Source: Polyangiaceae bacterium
Lineage (GTDB): Bacteria > Myxococcota_A > Polyangia > Polyangiales > Polyangiaceae
Reading direction: 5' to 3'
Length of the DNA: 64,000 bases
Assembly (NCBI GenBank): GCA_965222375.1
Contig: CBDCTZ010000015.1
Coordinates: 1,184,001-1,248,000, forward strand
Both the position numbers and the translations under genes were made by a program. Within the stretch, counting starts at the first letter, position 1; every line of letters starts with the position of its first letter. Below, in pieces: positions 1-9,180 of the stretch. Under the pieces are notes generated by a model. The model did not search any database. It worked only from the letters and a program-made list of their open reading frames with translations, and was not told where the DNA came from.

Positions 1-177
1 CGCGTCCTCGAGCGGTTTCGCGACCGCAGTCGCTTCGGGCTTGGGTGGCGTCGGTGCACTCGCTACGGGTGGCGCCTCGGATGCGGCGCCGGCAGGTAGA
101 GGATCCGGAGTTGGATTCATCGCCGGGGGCGGACACGCGGTACACAGCGCGCCCAGCAACGCCCAGCGAACTTTCAC
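1..177 (-). CDS. Lipoprotein, N-terminal part (runs off window start)
   Basis: GTG at 177 overlaps the S8 gene stop; reads VKVRWALLGALCTAC-PPPAMNPTPDP..., a lipobox followed by a Pro/Ala linker. Confidence 0.6.
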   Translation of the reverse strand, partial: MKVRWALLGALCTACPPPAMNPTPDPLPAGAASEAPPVASAPTPPKPEATAVAKPLEDA

Positions 178-2627
178 CGCCGCCTCCGGAGCCTGAGCAA
201 CACCATGGCGGAGAGGATAAGACCAATCACGGCTGGAGCGGAACCCCGACGCCCCAGGCTGCAACCACCCCGCGCCGAGGGCTGTGCGCCAACCACCCAG
301 GGGTCCACTCCAATCGCGACGTCTTCCTCAGCGATTACGACATCGTCGAATCTGAGCAAGACACGCATGCGCTCACCTCCGCTACCCGCAGGCGCGGCCA
401 CGGCGAAGCGCCACAGCCCGGGCGCAACACGGGTCAATGGCGAAGTGACGCTTCCGCGCTGCACTTCGAGTCGCAACCTGCTTGCGTCAAAACCATCGAC
501 CAGCAGATCACCGTCCTTGCGCAACTCGGCCAGGCCAGCGAGTTCCCATTTCGGATCTGGACGCGCCAAAGCGCTGCTGAGAACCAGCCAACTCGCTTCT
601 GCGGTTGGAGTGCCGCCGAGGGGCGACAGGTCACTGTCCAGGGCGGCCAGGGAGTTCTGGATGTTCAACACGCCGGGCCCAAGCTGTTGCTTTAGCGGCA
701 CGTTGCCTCTGGAGCGCCGGGCGCCGGCTTGGAGCAGAGCGAGGAGCTCAGGCTGGGTCAAGGTCGGGCGCCGCTCCAACAGCAGGGCGATCGCACCTGC
801 CACGATGGGAGCCGCCATGCTGGTGCCACTGGTCACGGCGTGGAAGTCGTCCACCACCAGGCAGTTTTTCTGGTCCCCACAGGTCGCGGTTCCCGCGAAG
901 AGACCATTGCCACCGTTGAGCCCAGGGTCGACCAGGTTGCTCATGGCGCCGATCACGAAGGCGCCCGGAGCGCTGATGTCGGGCTTGACCTGACCTAGCG
1001 CGTTGGGACCCACTCCGCTGAAGAACGCAGCCGAGTCATCCTTCGGTTTCACGGAGCCAAAGGTATCGATGCGGACTGCGTTGCCTCCTCGGTCGAGCCA
1101 GGTGGAACGATTGAGGGTCGCTCCTACGGCAATCAAAGCGCTGCCAGTGGCGGGGATCCCAATGGTACCCTCCTTGAGCGCGCGCGGGAAAAGCGCGCCA
1201 GTGCTACCGGCGCCAGGGGTGAGATCACCTTCGCTCTGCACCCAAAGAGACGCACTGCCGCGACCTTGCAGCCGCACTGCGAAGGTCTCGCCGGACTTCC
1301 ACGTCCCATCCAGGACGATCACCGCGCCAGGTACGCCGACAGGGATCGGGCTCGAAGAACCGCTCTCCTGATTCAACACCGTCGCGGTCAGCCCACTTCG
1401 TTCCACGGAGCCGCTCTCGCCCCGCGAAAGCGGCGGAACGAGCTCGCCATCCGAATCATCCAAGCCGACGCGCAAGTCGTCTTCGGCGCGGGACGCGATC
1501 CAAACGAAAATGCTCGCCCGAGTGGTCGGCCCTGGCACCGGCGGCGACAGGATCGGTACGCGCACGTCCGACGCGCGGGGAACGTGTACCTCGGTATGGA
1601 TCCCAAAGGGACCCGGGTAGGCCTTGGAAACGTTGGTATAGACACCTGCGCTGTTACCCGCGGCCACGACGATGGCGCGACCTGGCCGGCCGGCACCTAC
1701 GAACTCCGAGAGGGATTGCTCCAAGGCAGCAGTGCCATCATGACCGCCGAAGTCACTGCCCAAGCTGAGGTTGACCACGCCGGGCATCTTCAAGGCCTCG
1801 GCACGATCGAAGATGAAACGCGTGGCTAAGACTACGTCGGGGTCGAAGATGGACCCATCGTCGGAGCGCGTAACCCGCACCATGACGAGGGTCGCGTTCG
1901 GCGCCACCCCGGAGTACTTGGGTGGACTCGTGGAGCTGCCGTTGCCGGCTGCGAGGGATCCGACATGGGTTCCGTGACCGAAAGCGTCCCGCGGAAGCTG
2001 CTTGGAGTCCGCAGCGATCATCTCGTCCAGCTCGGCAGCGCTGTACACGGCGCAGGGCGACTCCTTGGAGTCGCAGCCGAAGCTGTTCTCCAGAGCAGCG
2101 TGTTTACCGGTCGGGTTCCGGGACAAGTCCAAGACCCAAGCCACCCGAGTCGTACCATCCGGATTTCGGAAGTCGGGGTGCCGGGGATCAAAGCCCGTGT
2201 CGACGATGCCGACCACCACGCCCTTGCCGCTCAAGCCGGTCAAGTTGCGGGCAACGCCAGCCTTGACCCAGTTGTTGGCGAGGTTCAGTAGCGGCCGCCG
2301 CGGCGGCGACCAATGCGCCACCACGCTCTCGGGCAGCCCGGCCAGCTCCGCGGGTGTGGCGGCGAGGGCAGCGAAGCCGGGAGCCACGGGAACCGCATTT
2401 GGAAGGCCCGAGGGAGGGTTGCGCACCAAGACCCGCAGCCGACCGTCGGGAGCAATTCTGGAGGGCGCAGAGCTTGCGCCACGCTTGGCCCAGGCGGAGC
2501 GCAGCCAGGTTTCGCTCAAACGACGCGCGTCCACATCTGCTGCGGCGCTTGCGGTGAGCAGGAAGCTGCCCAGAGCCCAAGCCAAACCGGCGCGGAGTCT
2601 TGCCCGTGTTGTGGGTGGTGCACTCAT
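174..2627 (-). CDS. Subtilisin-like S8 serine peptidase with MYXO-CTERM-like C-terminal anchor
   Basis: Triad motifs VGIVDTG, HGTHVGS, SGTSMAAP; signal peptide after MSAPP (start taken at 2627); C-terminus GGCS...hydrophobic...RLRRRR. Confidence 0.92.
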   Translation of the reverse strand: MSAPPTTRARLRAGLAWALGSFLLTASAAADVDARRLSETWLRSAWAKRGASSAPSRIAPDGRLRVLVRNPPSGLPNAVPVAPGFAALAATPAELAGLPESVVAHWSPPRRPLLNLANNWVKAGVARNLTGLSGKGVVVGIVDTGFDPRHPDFRNPDGTTRVAWVLDLSRNPTGKHAALENSFGCDSKESPCAVYSAAELDEMIAADSKQLPRDAFGHGTHVGSLAAGNGSSTSPPKYSGVAPNATLVMVRVTRSDDGSIFDPDVVLATRFIFDRAEALKMPGVVNLSLGSDFGGHDGTAALEQSLSEFVGAGRPGRAIVVAAGNSAGVYTNVSKAYPGPFGIHTEVHVPRASDVRVPILSPPVPGPTTRASIFVWIASRAEDDLRVGLDDSDGELVPPLSRGESGSVERSGLTATVLNQESGSSSPIPVGVPGAVIVLDGTWKSGETFAVRLQGRGSASLWVQSEGDLTPGAGSTGALFPRALKEGTIGIPATGSALIAVGATLNRSTWLDRGGNAVRIDTFGSVKPKDDSAAFFSGVGPNALGQVKPDISAPGAFVIGAMSNLVDPGLNGGNGLFAGTATCGDQKNCLVVDDFHAVTSGTSMAAPIVAGAIALLLERRPTLTQPELLALLQAGARRSRGNVPLKQQLGPGVLNIQNSLAALDSDLSPLGGTPTAEASWLVLSSALARPDPKWELAGLAELRKDGDLLVDGFDASRLRLEVQRGSVTSPLTRVAPGLWRFAVAAPAGSGGERMRVLLRFDDVVIAEEDVAIGVDPWVVGAQPSARGGCSLGRRGSAPAVIGLILSAMVLLRLRRRR

Positions 2628-2634
2628 GGCCGGT

Positions 2635-3513
2635 TCAATCTTCTGCGATGAGTCGTTGGATGAGAAGCTCCGTGGCCGCGAAACTCTCTTCGTCGTAGCC
2701 AACCACGGTCTCCCGCACGATCCCCTTCTTGTCGATGACAAAAAGCGTCGGCAAGGCAAGGGCGCGATAGGCCTCCGTGGTCTTACCGCTGGGGTCTGAC
2801 AGCACCGTGTAGGCCATGGAAAGCTGTGAGGTCGTGGCGCTGGCGATGGACATGGGATCCGTCGTGACGGCGAGTAGCTCGAGCCCCTGGGCCTGGTACT
2901 GATCTCGCCACAGGTTGAGCTTGGGCACGAGGAATCGGCACACCGCGCACCAGGAAGCCCAGAACTCGAGGACCACGACCTTGCCGCGCAAGTCTCGTAG
3001 CGAAGACACGGACACGCCTTGTACAGTCTTGAGGTCCGTGAGCCGCGGCGCCGGCTGGCCGACGAAGCGCACGCGCATCACGTCCGAGTCGTCCGCCGGA
3101 GCGGGCCCCAGTTCCACCGCGAGCATGCGCACGCCGCTGGACCGCTCGAGGGCGACGCTGACCCGGGCTCCGGCGGGTCGACGGCTCACCGCGCGCACCA
3201 CATCGCCAGGCGCGGTGATGCGAGCACCATCCACGCGGATGATTCGGTCCCCGCTAGCGATGCCCGCCCGAGCTGCAGGCGATCCCCGCAGCACATCCCG
3301 CACCAAGGCTCCGGCCTGCTCGGGCGGCGCGCTGACCAGCTCCACGCCTAGCCAGCCCCGCGCCGCGTTTCCCCGGATCTGCGGTGCATGCTCCGGCTGC
3401 GGCTCGGGCACCACCGTGGGCTCGGGAGCAGGGTCTGGTGCAGCGATCCGTTGCGACTGTGGTCCTGCGCAGGCGACCAAGAGCACAGCAACGACGCTCA
3501 GCGCGCTTTTCAC
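2635..3513 (-). CDS. PDZ + TlpA/ResA-like thioredoxin lipoprotein
   Basis: Lipobox LLVAC, PDZ motifs GWLGV...GSPAARAGIASGDRI, redox motif FWASWCAVC; GTG start at 3513 inferred. Confidence 0.85.
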   Translation of the reverse strand: MKSALSVVAVLLVACAGPQSQRIAAPDPAPEPTVVPEPQPEHAPQIRGNAARGWLGVELVSAPPEQAGALVRDVLRGSPAARAGIASGDRIIRVDGARITAPGDVVRAVSRRPAGARVSVALERSSGVRMLAVELGPAPADDSDVMRVRFVGQPAPRLTDLKTVQGVSVSSLRDLRGKVVVLEFWASWCAVCRFLVPKLNLWRDQYQAQGLELLAVTTDPMSIASATTSQLSMAYTVLSDPSGKTTEAYRALALPTLFVIDKKGIVRETVVGYDEESFAATELLIQRLIAED

Positions 3514-3538
3514 CCCTTCGTGGTACCATGCGCGGCCG

Positions 3539-4054
3539 TTGCACGCATCGACACCGACTTGGGCCGTGGTCTCCCTTTGCGCTGCTTGTGCGGCAACTTC
3601 GCCCAACGACGACTGGGCGGGATCGTCGAGCAATCCGCGCTATGCTGCGAGCAAGCCCACCAAACCACCGTCGCCCGTGCCCTGGGCGGGCTTCAAGCAA
3701 GCGATGGCTCTGCCGGTGGCCGCACCGGGTCCGCGACGTAGCCATGGTCACGCGGATGGGCGCTATGCGATCGAAGTGCGCGTCGGGCCCGAACAGGCCC
3801 AAACCGCCTACGAATCCTGGACTGCAGGCTCGGAGATGCCGGTCGGCACGACCTTGATTGCGACCCACCATGACCGGCGCCGCGGACGCACCGGGCCCAT
3901 CTATGCGATGCGCAAAGAGAAGTCGGGCTGGGATTTCGCGGTGCTCAGCACCACCGGCATGCGCGAGCGAGTCCCCGTGGACCTATGCGAGCGCTGCCAC
4001 GTGGAGGCAGGGGCCGACCACATCTTCGGCCCTCCACGCCAAAGCGGGGAATGA
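3539..4054 (+). CDS. Cytochrome P460/c'-beta family lipoprotein
   Basis: PVGTTLI...IYAMRK...GWDF and C-terminal CERCH heme motif followed by DHIFG; lipobox SLCAAC; TTG start uncertain. Confidence 0.7.
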   Translation: MHASTPTWAVVSLCAACAATSPNDDWAGSSSNPRYAASKPTKPPSPVPWAGFKQAMALPVAAPGPRRSHGHADGRYAIEVRVGPEQAQTAYESWTAGSEMPVGTTLIATHHDRRRGRTGPIYAMRKEKSGWDFAVLSTTGMRERVPVDLCERCHVEAGADHIFGPPRQSGE

Positions 4055-4104
4055 ACTGTCCAGGGCTCCCGTTGTTGAAACCGAATCGGGTACCTCGGGC
4101 GTAC

Positions 4105-4143
4105 AAAAAGCGAAGACCCGTTGGGGTAGCCAACGGGTCTCGC
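4105..4143 (-). terminator. Intrinsic terminator
   Basis: Minus strand GCGAGACCCGTTGG-CTAC-CCCAACGGGTCTTCGC followed by TTTTT. Confidence 0.8.
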
Positions 4144-4282
4144 GGGAAATCTGAGGAAGTTAAGAAAAACTAAGTTAATTCAGATAGATAGGATTAAGTC
4201 TAAGCCAAGCCGCTAACAGCACCCCATCCCCGGGGCATTAAGTCTGAAAGTCCAAGCCCGGGCGTCAGCCCGGAAAAGCGAT
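4105..4282 (-). ncRNA. Candidate sigma54-dependent small RNA (~180 nt)
   Basis: Lies between a -24/-12 promoter and an intrinsic terminator; no credible ORF; short hairpins and repeated GACTT/AGACTTAAT motifs. Confidence 0.55.
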
Positions 4283-4291
4283 GAGACTACA

Positions 4292-4345
4292 AGCAGACGG
4301 CGTGCCAGTTGACCCAGGTCAGTCATTAAACTTAATAATTTCATA
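4292..4345 (-). promoter_or_regulatory. Sigma54 promoter with upstream IHF-like site
   Basis: CTGGCACGCCGTCTGCT at 4308-4292 (GG-N10-GC); TATGAA-ATTA-TTA at 4345-4333, one mismatch to WATCAAN4TTR. Confidence 0.7.
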
Positions 4346-4481
4346 CGTTTAGAACCAAAATCTGGACTCGCGCGCGCGGCGAACCTCGAATCGAACGCTC
4401 CAGCCCCTGGCGTTCGTGTCATACCCTCCGGGCCACGGAGCAAGATCTGCGGGACTTGGCGAAATGCCCCCAATCCTGTGG

Positions 4482-4602
4482 AAAACTCGTGCTTGAACCT
4501 CGATGAGCCACCCCACCCGGGTTGATGGATTCGCGCCGGGTCAAAACTCGTGCTTGAACCTCGATGAGTCACCCCACCCGGGTTGATGGATTCGCGCCGG
4601 GT
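4482..4602. repeat. 61-bp tandem repeat, 2 copies
   Basis: aaaactcgtgcttgaacctcgatgagYcaccccacccgggttgatggattcgcgccgggt at 4482 and 4543. Confidence 0.95.
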
Positions 4603-5435
4603 TAGGGGATCTGCGCCCGGAGCGCTGCGTCCATTTGTTCCAGCGGAGCCGCCTGGCCCGTGTACAGCTCGAATTGCCGACACGCTTGGTGCAGCAGCAT
4701 GCGTCCGCCGTCGATGACCGTGGCGCCGGCCGCCTCGGCGGCCTCGATCAGCGCCGTGCGCAGGGGCTTGTACACGATGTCCATGACGACGAGTCCGCTC
4801 GCCAGGATCTCTTCCGGAACCGGGCTCTGGCCCCCTCGCTCCTTCATGGTCGCGGAGGTGGCCTGCACGATGATGTCGGCACCTGAAAACGTCTCCGGCG
4901 TCAGCGCGCGCGACCCGACATGCTGAGCGGCTCCGGGCAGATTGTCAGCGACGCTCCGAGCCAAAGCGTCTCCCCGCTCCACAGTCCGGTTGGCAACGGT
5001 AACCCGCGCACCCGCATCGGTGAGCCCAAAGGCGACGGCTCGGGCAGCACCACCGGCCCCAACGACGACTGCACGCTTGCCGTCCAGGGTCGTCACCTCC
5101 TGAAGCGCACGCACGGCGCCGTCGGCATCGGTGTTGTAACCGGTCAATACGCCGTCATCGTTCACCACCGTGTTCACGGCACCGATGCGCTTCGCCAAGT
5201 CATCGAGGCCGTCCAGGTGGGGCATGATCTCGAGCTTGAAAGGCATGGACACGCCGAGGCCGCGAATCCCCAACGCGCGCATACCGGTCAGCGCTCCAGC
5301 CAGGTCCTCGACGCCAAATGGTACGTATATGTAGCTCAAGCCCAACGCGCGATAGCCTGCCTCGTGCATGGCGCGTCCGAGTCCCACCGGATACTTGGAA
5401 AGCGAACCGCACAGCGTGACCCTGCCCGAACTCAT
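4602..5435 (-). CDS. aroE: Shikimate dehydrogenase
   Basis: GLGVSMPFK, IGAVNTV, GYNTDADG, GAGGAARA, MDIVYKP, GRMLLHQA motifs. Confidence 0.95.
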   Translation of the reverse strand: MSSGRVTLCGSLSKYPVGLGRAMHEAGYRALGLSYIYVPFGVEDLAGALTGMRALGIRGLGVSMPFKLEIMPHLDGLDDLAKRIGAVNTVVNDDGVLTGYNTDADGAVRALQEVTTLDGKRAVVVGAGGAARAVAFGLTDAGARVTVANRTVERGDALARSVADNLPGAAQHVGSRALTPETFSGADIIVQATSATMKERGGQSPVPEEILASGLVVMDIVYKPLRTALIEAAEAAGATVIDGGRMLLHQACRQFELYTGQAAPLEQMDAALRAQIP

Positions 5436-5717
5436 GCGCGGCAGGGTAGCACTGCGATTCGCGCACTTTGATTGGGTTTAGTCGACGCGCGTCGCAACAC
5501 CGGACGGGGTGCGAAACCGGGGCGTCGTTGGCGCCCTAATCTCGTGCGTGTGCAGCCATTCCGGACTCGACGGCCTGGCGGCGGGAGCAGCCGCCCCGGC
5601 GCCTGCCAAGAGCGGCCCGAAGCCGCGCATTTCGAGCTGGTTTTCGAGGCAATCAGCTCCCATCAGAAGCCCGTTGTGGAAAGCCGTGGTCGTGCTATGA
5701 AGGCGGCCCCAATTTTT

Positions 5718-5791
5718 GCACCCGTAGCTCAGCTGGATAGAGCATCGGTCTACGGAACCGAGGGTCGCACGTTCGAATCGTGCCGGGTGCG
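5718..5791 (+). tRNA. tRNA-Arg(ACG)
   Basis: GCACCCG acceptor, D arm TAGCTCAGCTGGATAGAGC, anticodon loop CT-ACG-GA, T arm GTTCGAATC; CCA not encoded. Confidence 0.97.
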
Positions 5792-5826
5792 CAAACAGCG
5801 CTGCACCAGAGTGCAGACGGCGGAAG

Positions 5827-6297
5827 ATGACGAGTCACGAAGAGTGGATGCGAGAGGCGCTCCGCGAAGCCGATATTGCAGCCGAGGCCGGAGACGTGCC
5901 GGTTGGCGCCGTCATCGTGAGCGCCGAGGGCGTCGAGCTCGGGCGGGGTCAAAACCGGCGCGAGCAAGACCAAGATCCGACCGCCCACGCCGAGATCGTC
6001 GCGCTACGCGCTGCGGCCGCGAACACCGGGCATTGGCGCCTCGAGGGCAGCACGATCTACGTGACCCTAGAACCTTGCCCGATGTGTGCGGGGGCGTTGA
6101 TCAATGCTCGGGTTGCCCACGTGGTCTATGGGGCCACGGATCCCAAGGCCGGAGCTCTCGAGTCCCTGTACAACTTGGGCAACGACCTGCGCCTGAACCA
6201 CCGCCTCGATTCGGTGACCCCCGGCGTCCTACAGCAGGAGTGCGTACAGCGGCTGCAGGCCTTCTTCGCGAAACTGAGAGCCGCAGGAGAGAAGTAG
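5827..6297 (+). CDS. tadA: tRNA adenosine(34) deaminase
   Basis: VPVGAVIV, DPTAHAE, TLEPCPMCAGA, DPKAGA, LNH, LQAFF motifs. Confidence 0.95.
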   Translation: MTSHEEWMREALREADIAAEAGDVPVGAVIVSAEGVELGRGQNRREQDQDPTAHAEIVALRAAAANTGHWRLEGSTIYVTLEPCPMCAGALINARVAHVVYGATDPKAGALESLYNLGNDLRLNHRLDSVTPGVLQQECVQRLQAFFAKLRAAGEK

Positions 6298-6362
6298 CGC
6301 TGGACCAGGGCGCGACCGAACCGCGCCCAAGTCGAGCGCCGTAGCCCTTTGCTACCGGTAGT

Positions 6363-7177
6363 CTACGGCAACTGGAAGGTCACTTCGGGAAACCCACAAG
6401 CCTTCCAGCTGGCTTTGACTTCGGCCAGATTGCTGCACAGGTCACCGGTGAAGCTCGTGTTGTGCGCCGTCTTGATGTTCGGACCTTCGTAGCAAACACC
6501 GCGTTTCCCAGGACTGCCCACGCTCGGCTTGCAGTCCATACTCATGGCAGAGCAACTCTCCAAACACTGGCAGCCGTCGATCGGGCCAACATAGTCGCAG
6601 CGGCTGCATTTCGCTACGCAGGTTCCTACGGTGCCGCCATCACTACAGGCCAACCCGCAGTAGTCCGTCGCGGCTTCGACACAACTGGCGTCCCAGCTGT
6701 CGCAACAGTCAGGATTCACGTTATCGCAGACGCACGCTTGAATACTGGCATCCTTGCAACCACCCGATTTGCTGGTCTGGCAGCAATCGTTTGTCGCTGT
6801 CGCGCCGCCGTCGCTACCTCCAGCCCCTCCCGAACCGCAGGACAGCCCGCAGAGCGTCGTTGCATAGTCGATACAGATTCGCCCCTGGCGGAGCAGCATT
6901 CCGATTCCTGCTGGCATACACACTTCTGGACCTTGGAATCACTACAGCTTTTCGACCCATTGGTTTGACAGCAATCGTTCGTCCCCGTCGCGCCGCTGCC
7001 ACCCGTAGCGCTAGTTCCTCCCGTTGCGCCGGTTCCACCCGTAGCAGCGGCGCCACCCGTAGCGCTGCTACCGCCACCGCCCGGGCTATCGCCACCATCA
7101 CCGCCGCTGCAAGCTCCAGCGCTCGCCAGCGCAAACGCACAGATCACCGCGGAAACTACTGCTCTAGGGTTCGCCAT
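6363..7177 (-). pseudogene. Cys-rich repeat lipoprotein split by a 1-nt frameshift (true pseudogene or sequencing error)
   Basis: Lipobox AGAC + Gly linker + TNDCCQT..CVC..CC module in ORF 6716-7210; it continues in ORF 6363-6923 (CIDYATTLCGLSC) with a second intact copy of the module; shift near 6880-6890. Confidence 0.75.
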
Positions 7178-7780
7178 TGCTGCTCCCGCCACACAGGGCT
7201 GAGCACTCACCGTGCAACGGACGTGCCGCTACGTGGAGCGCTCTCGACACAGACTTTTCTCATGCTCCACCTTGGGACGGCGTTACCTCGGCGTAACGCA
7301 CAGACGTCGCGTGTCACCTCGACGTAACGGTACGCCTGTTTCCCTGGGGGACCTCAGAAAACGTCGCGCTGGCCGCTGCCGACCGAGCCTGGCTAGCTGG
7401 AGAGCCCAAGAAGGATACTCTGGGGTGGTTCACCGGCAGGGGTGACACGATCCCGGTGGTCACGCACGCGTGCGTTCATTGCGGCCACCTCGTTTCCTAC
7501 CTGGTACGCGAAGACTGATGCGGTCTAACGCATGAGCAGAGCGCAGACAGCCTCCCGGTACGGGGCGGCGCTACGTCATCTACCGGTGAGCCACCGAATT
7601 GTAATCGGATGTAACCCACAAGGCATGATGCCCCTCCGCCGCTGTCCAACACCTAGCAGGTGGCCAGTGCGGGCTGAACTGTGCAGGTACGCCCCTGGAC
7701 CAAGCGGAATGTAATCGAGAGTAAGGGGAGGTCGTCAAGCGCGCCCGGTACAACCGGACATGATGACGACTTCATGCAAC

Positions 7781-8392
7781 ATGCGATTCCTTTCATCCCT
7801 GTTCCTGCTCAGCACCCTCGCGGCATGCTCGAGTGAAGGCGCCAGCGGAACACCCACTTCTCAGGACGCCGGCGCGGATTCCCCAACTACGGGTTCGGGC
7901 GGCAGCGCGGGTTCGAGTGGCAGTGCTGGCTCGAGCGGCAGCGCGGGTTCGGGTGGCAATGCTGGCTCGAGCGGAAGTGCTGGCTCGAGCGGCAGCGCTG
8001 GCTCGGGTGGCAGTGCTGGTTCGGGTGGCAGTGCTGGTTCGAGTGGCGGCGCCGGCGGAGCGGGTGGTGCGACGAACGCCTGCGCTGCGAAAGCAACGAA
8101 GAAGGCCTGCGACGATTGCTGCAACAGCGATACGGCAGGCGCGAAGAAGTACGCCGAAGTGACCATCGCCTCCTGCCTCTGCAAGCCGGAGTTCTGCGCC
8201 AAGGAATGCGCTGGATTCTGCGCAAGCCCAGGCAACACCGATTTCTCACCTGCGTGCGAGACTTGCTACGGACAGAAGTTTTTTTCGCCCGACTACAAGA
8301 GCTGCCTGAAGACCGCCGAGGCGCAATGCGGAGCTGATCCACTATGCAAGGGGTTTGGGCAGTGCATCACGAGCTGCGTGGGACTTCCATGA
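7781..8392 (+). CDS. Lipoprotein with SGSAGS repeat linker and Cys-rich domain
   Basis: Lipobox LAAC, 18-bp Gly/Ser repeats, many paired Cys. Confidence 0.8.
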   Translation: MRFLSSLFLLSTLAACSSEGASGTPTSQDAGADSPTTGSGGSAGSSGSAGSSGSAGSGGNAGSSGSAGSSGSAGSGGSAGSGGSAGSSGGAGGAGGATNACAAKATKKACDDCCNSDTAGAKKYAEVTIASCLCKPEFCAKECAGFCASPGNTDFSPACETCYGQKFFSPDYKSCLKTAEAQCGADPLCKGFGQCITSCVGLP

Positions 8393-9180
8393 CGCGCCCG
8401 CCCACAACCCGGAGAGTCAAGCTACGCTCGTGGGGTCTGGGAGTCCTCATGGCACTTGGCGTGGCTTGCTCCGGCGGCGAGAACAACACCGGAGGCGCAT
8501 CGGGAACGGGCGGCGCGTCCGGGAAGTGTGAATACGCCAGCGACTGCCCAGCATTGCCCGACGGAACGAGCCAGGTATGTGACCCCTCGAATCGAACATG
8601 CGGCAATCAGTGTTTCGAAGACGACGAGTGCCCAAATGGTGGGACATGCGTTAGCCAAGGTGCCGCCGGCGCGTGTTACCCCGCTTGCTCGGTTGGCGGT
8701 GCACCTTGTGCCAACGGCGCCACGTGCGTCCGCTTCAAGCGCTCGCCGCAGGGGTTCTGCCTCTCGCCTGGAGCCGGTCAACCTGATCAGCCGTGCGTTC
8801 AAGCCAGCCTAGTTTCAAGCGGCTGCGCCGCAGGTTACGTGTGCGCGTCGGATTCAGGTACGGCTTTGTGTCGACGGCAGTGCTCTTACTTCAGCGAAGA
8901 CCCCGGATGCCCCGCCGGACAGCTGTGCGGCACCGATGGAGTCTGCAGATCCGAGGCGTACGATCCTGCGTCCCTTGGGGCTGAGTGCCAAGGCAAGTCG
9001 GGGTCCCTTTGCGGCAGCGACGGCAAGGCATGGCGCGGTGTCTGCTACAGTCTGGGTTACCCAACTAAGTGCTCGAAAGTGTGCGAAGCAACCGCCGAAT
9101 GTCCCGGCGAGTTTGGGCACTGCGTCAAGCCTGTGCCTGTTGCCGATGACAACATAGGAGCCTGTGTTTCCACGGGCTGA
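8389..9180 (+). CDS. Cys-rich repeat lipoprotein
   Basis: ATGA overlap with the upstream stop, lipobox GVAC, repeated C-x-C modules. Confidence 0.8.
   Translation: MTRPPTTRRVKLRSWGLGVLMALGVACSGGENNTGGASGTGGASGKCEYASDCPALPDGTSQVCDPSNRTCGNQCFEDDECPNGGTCVSQGAAGACYPACSVGGAPCANGATCVRFKRSPQGFCLSPGAGQPDQPCVQASLVSSGCAAGYVCASDSGTALCRRQCSYFSEDPGCPAGQLCGTDGVCRSEAYDPASLGAECQGKSGSLCGSDGKAWRGVCYSLGYPTKCSKVCEATAECPGEFGHCVKPVPVADDNIGACVSTG

Noticed and set aside
205..2799. Long antisense/alternate-frame ORFs (also throughout the window)
   Set aside because: Typical shadow ORFs of high-GC coding sequence
4150..4602. oriC-like region (AT-rich tract, IHF site, DnaA-box match TTTTCCACA at 4477-4485)
   Set aside because: Only one consensus DnaA box and no dnaA/dnaN/gid context; promoter plus terminator explains the region better
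4482..4602. CRISPR array
   Set aside because: Two contiguous units without unique spacers; no cas genes
6880..6890. Programmed frameshift or phase variation
   Set aside because: Only a G4 run and no slippery heptamer; error or simple mutation is likelier
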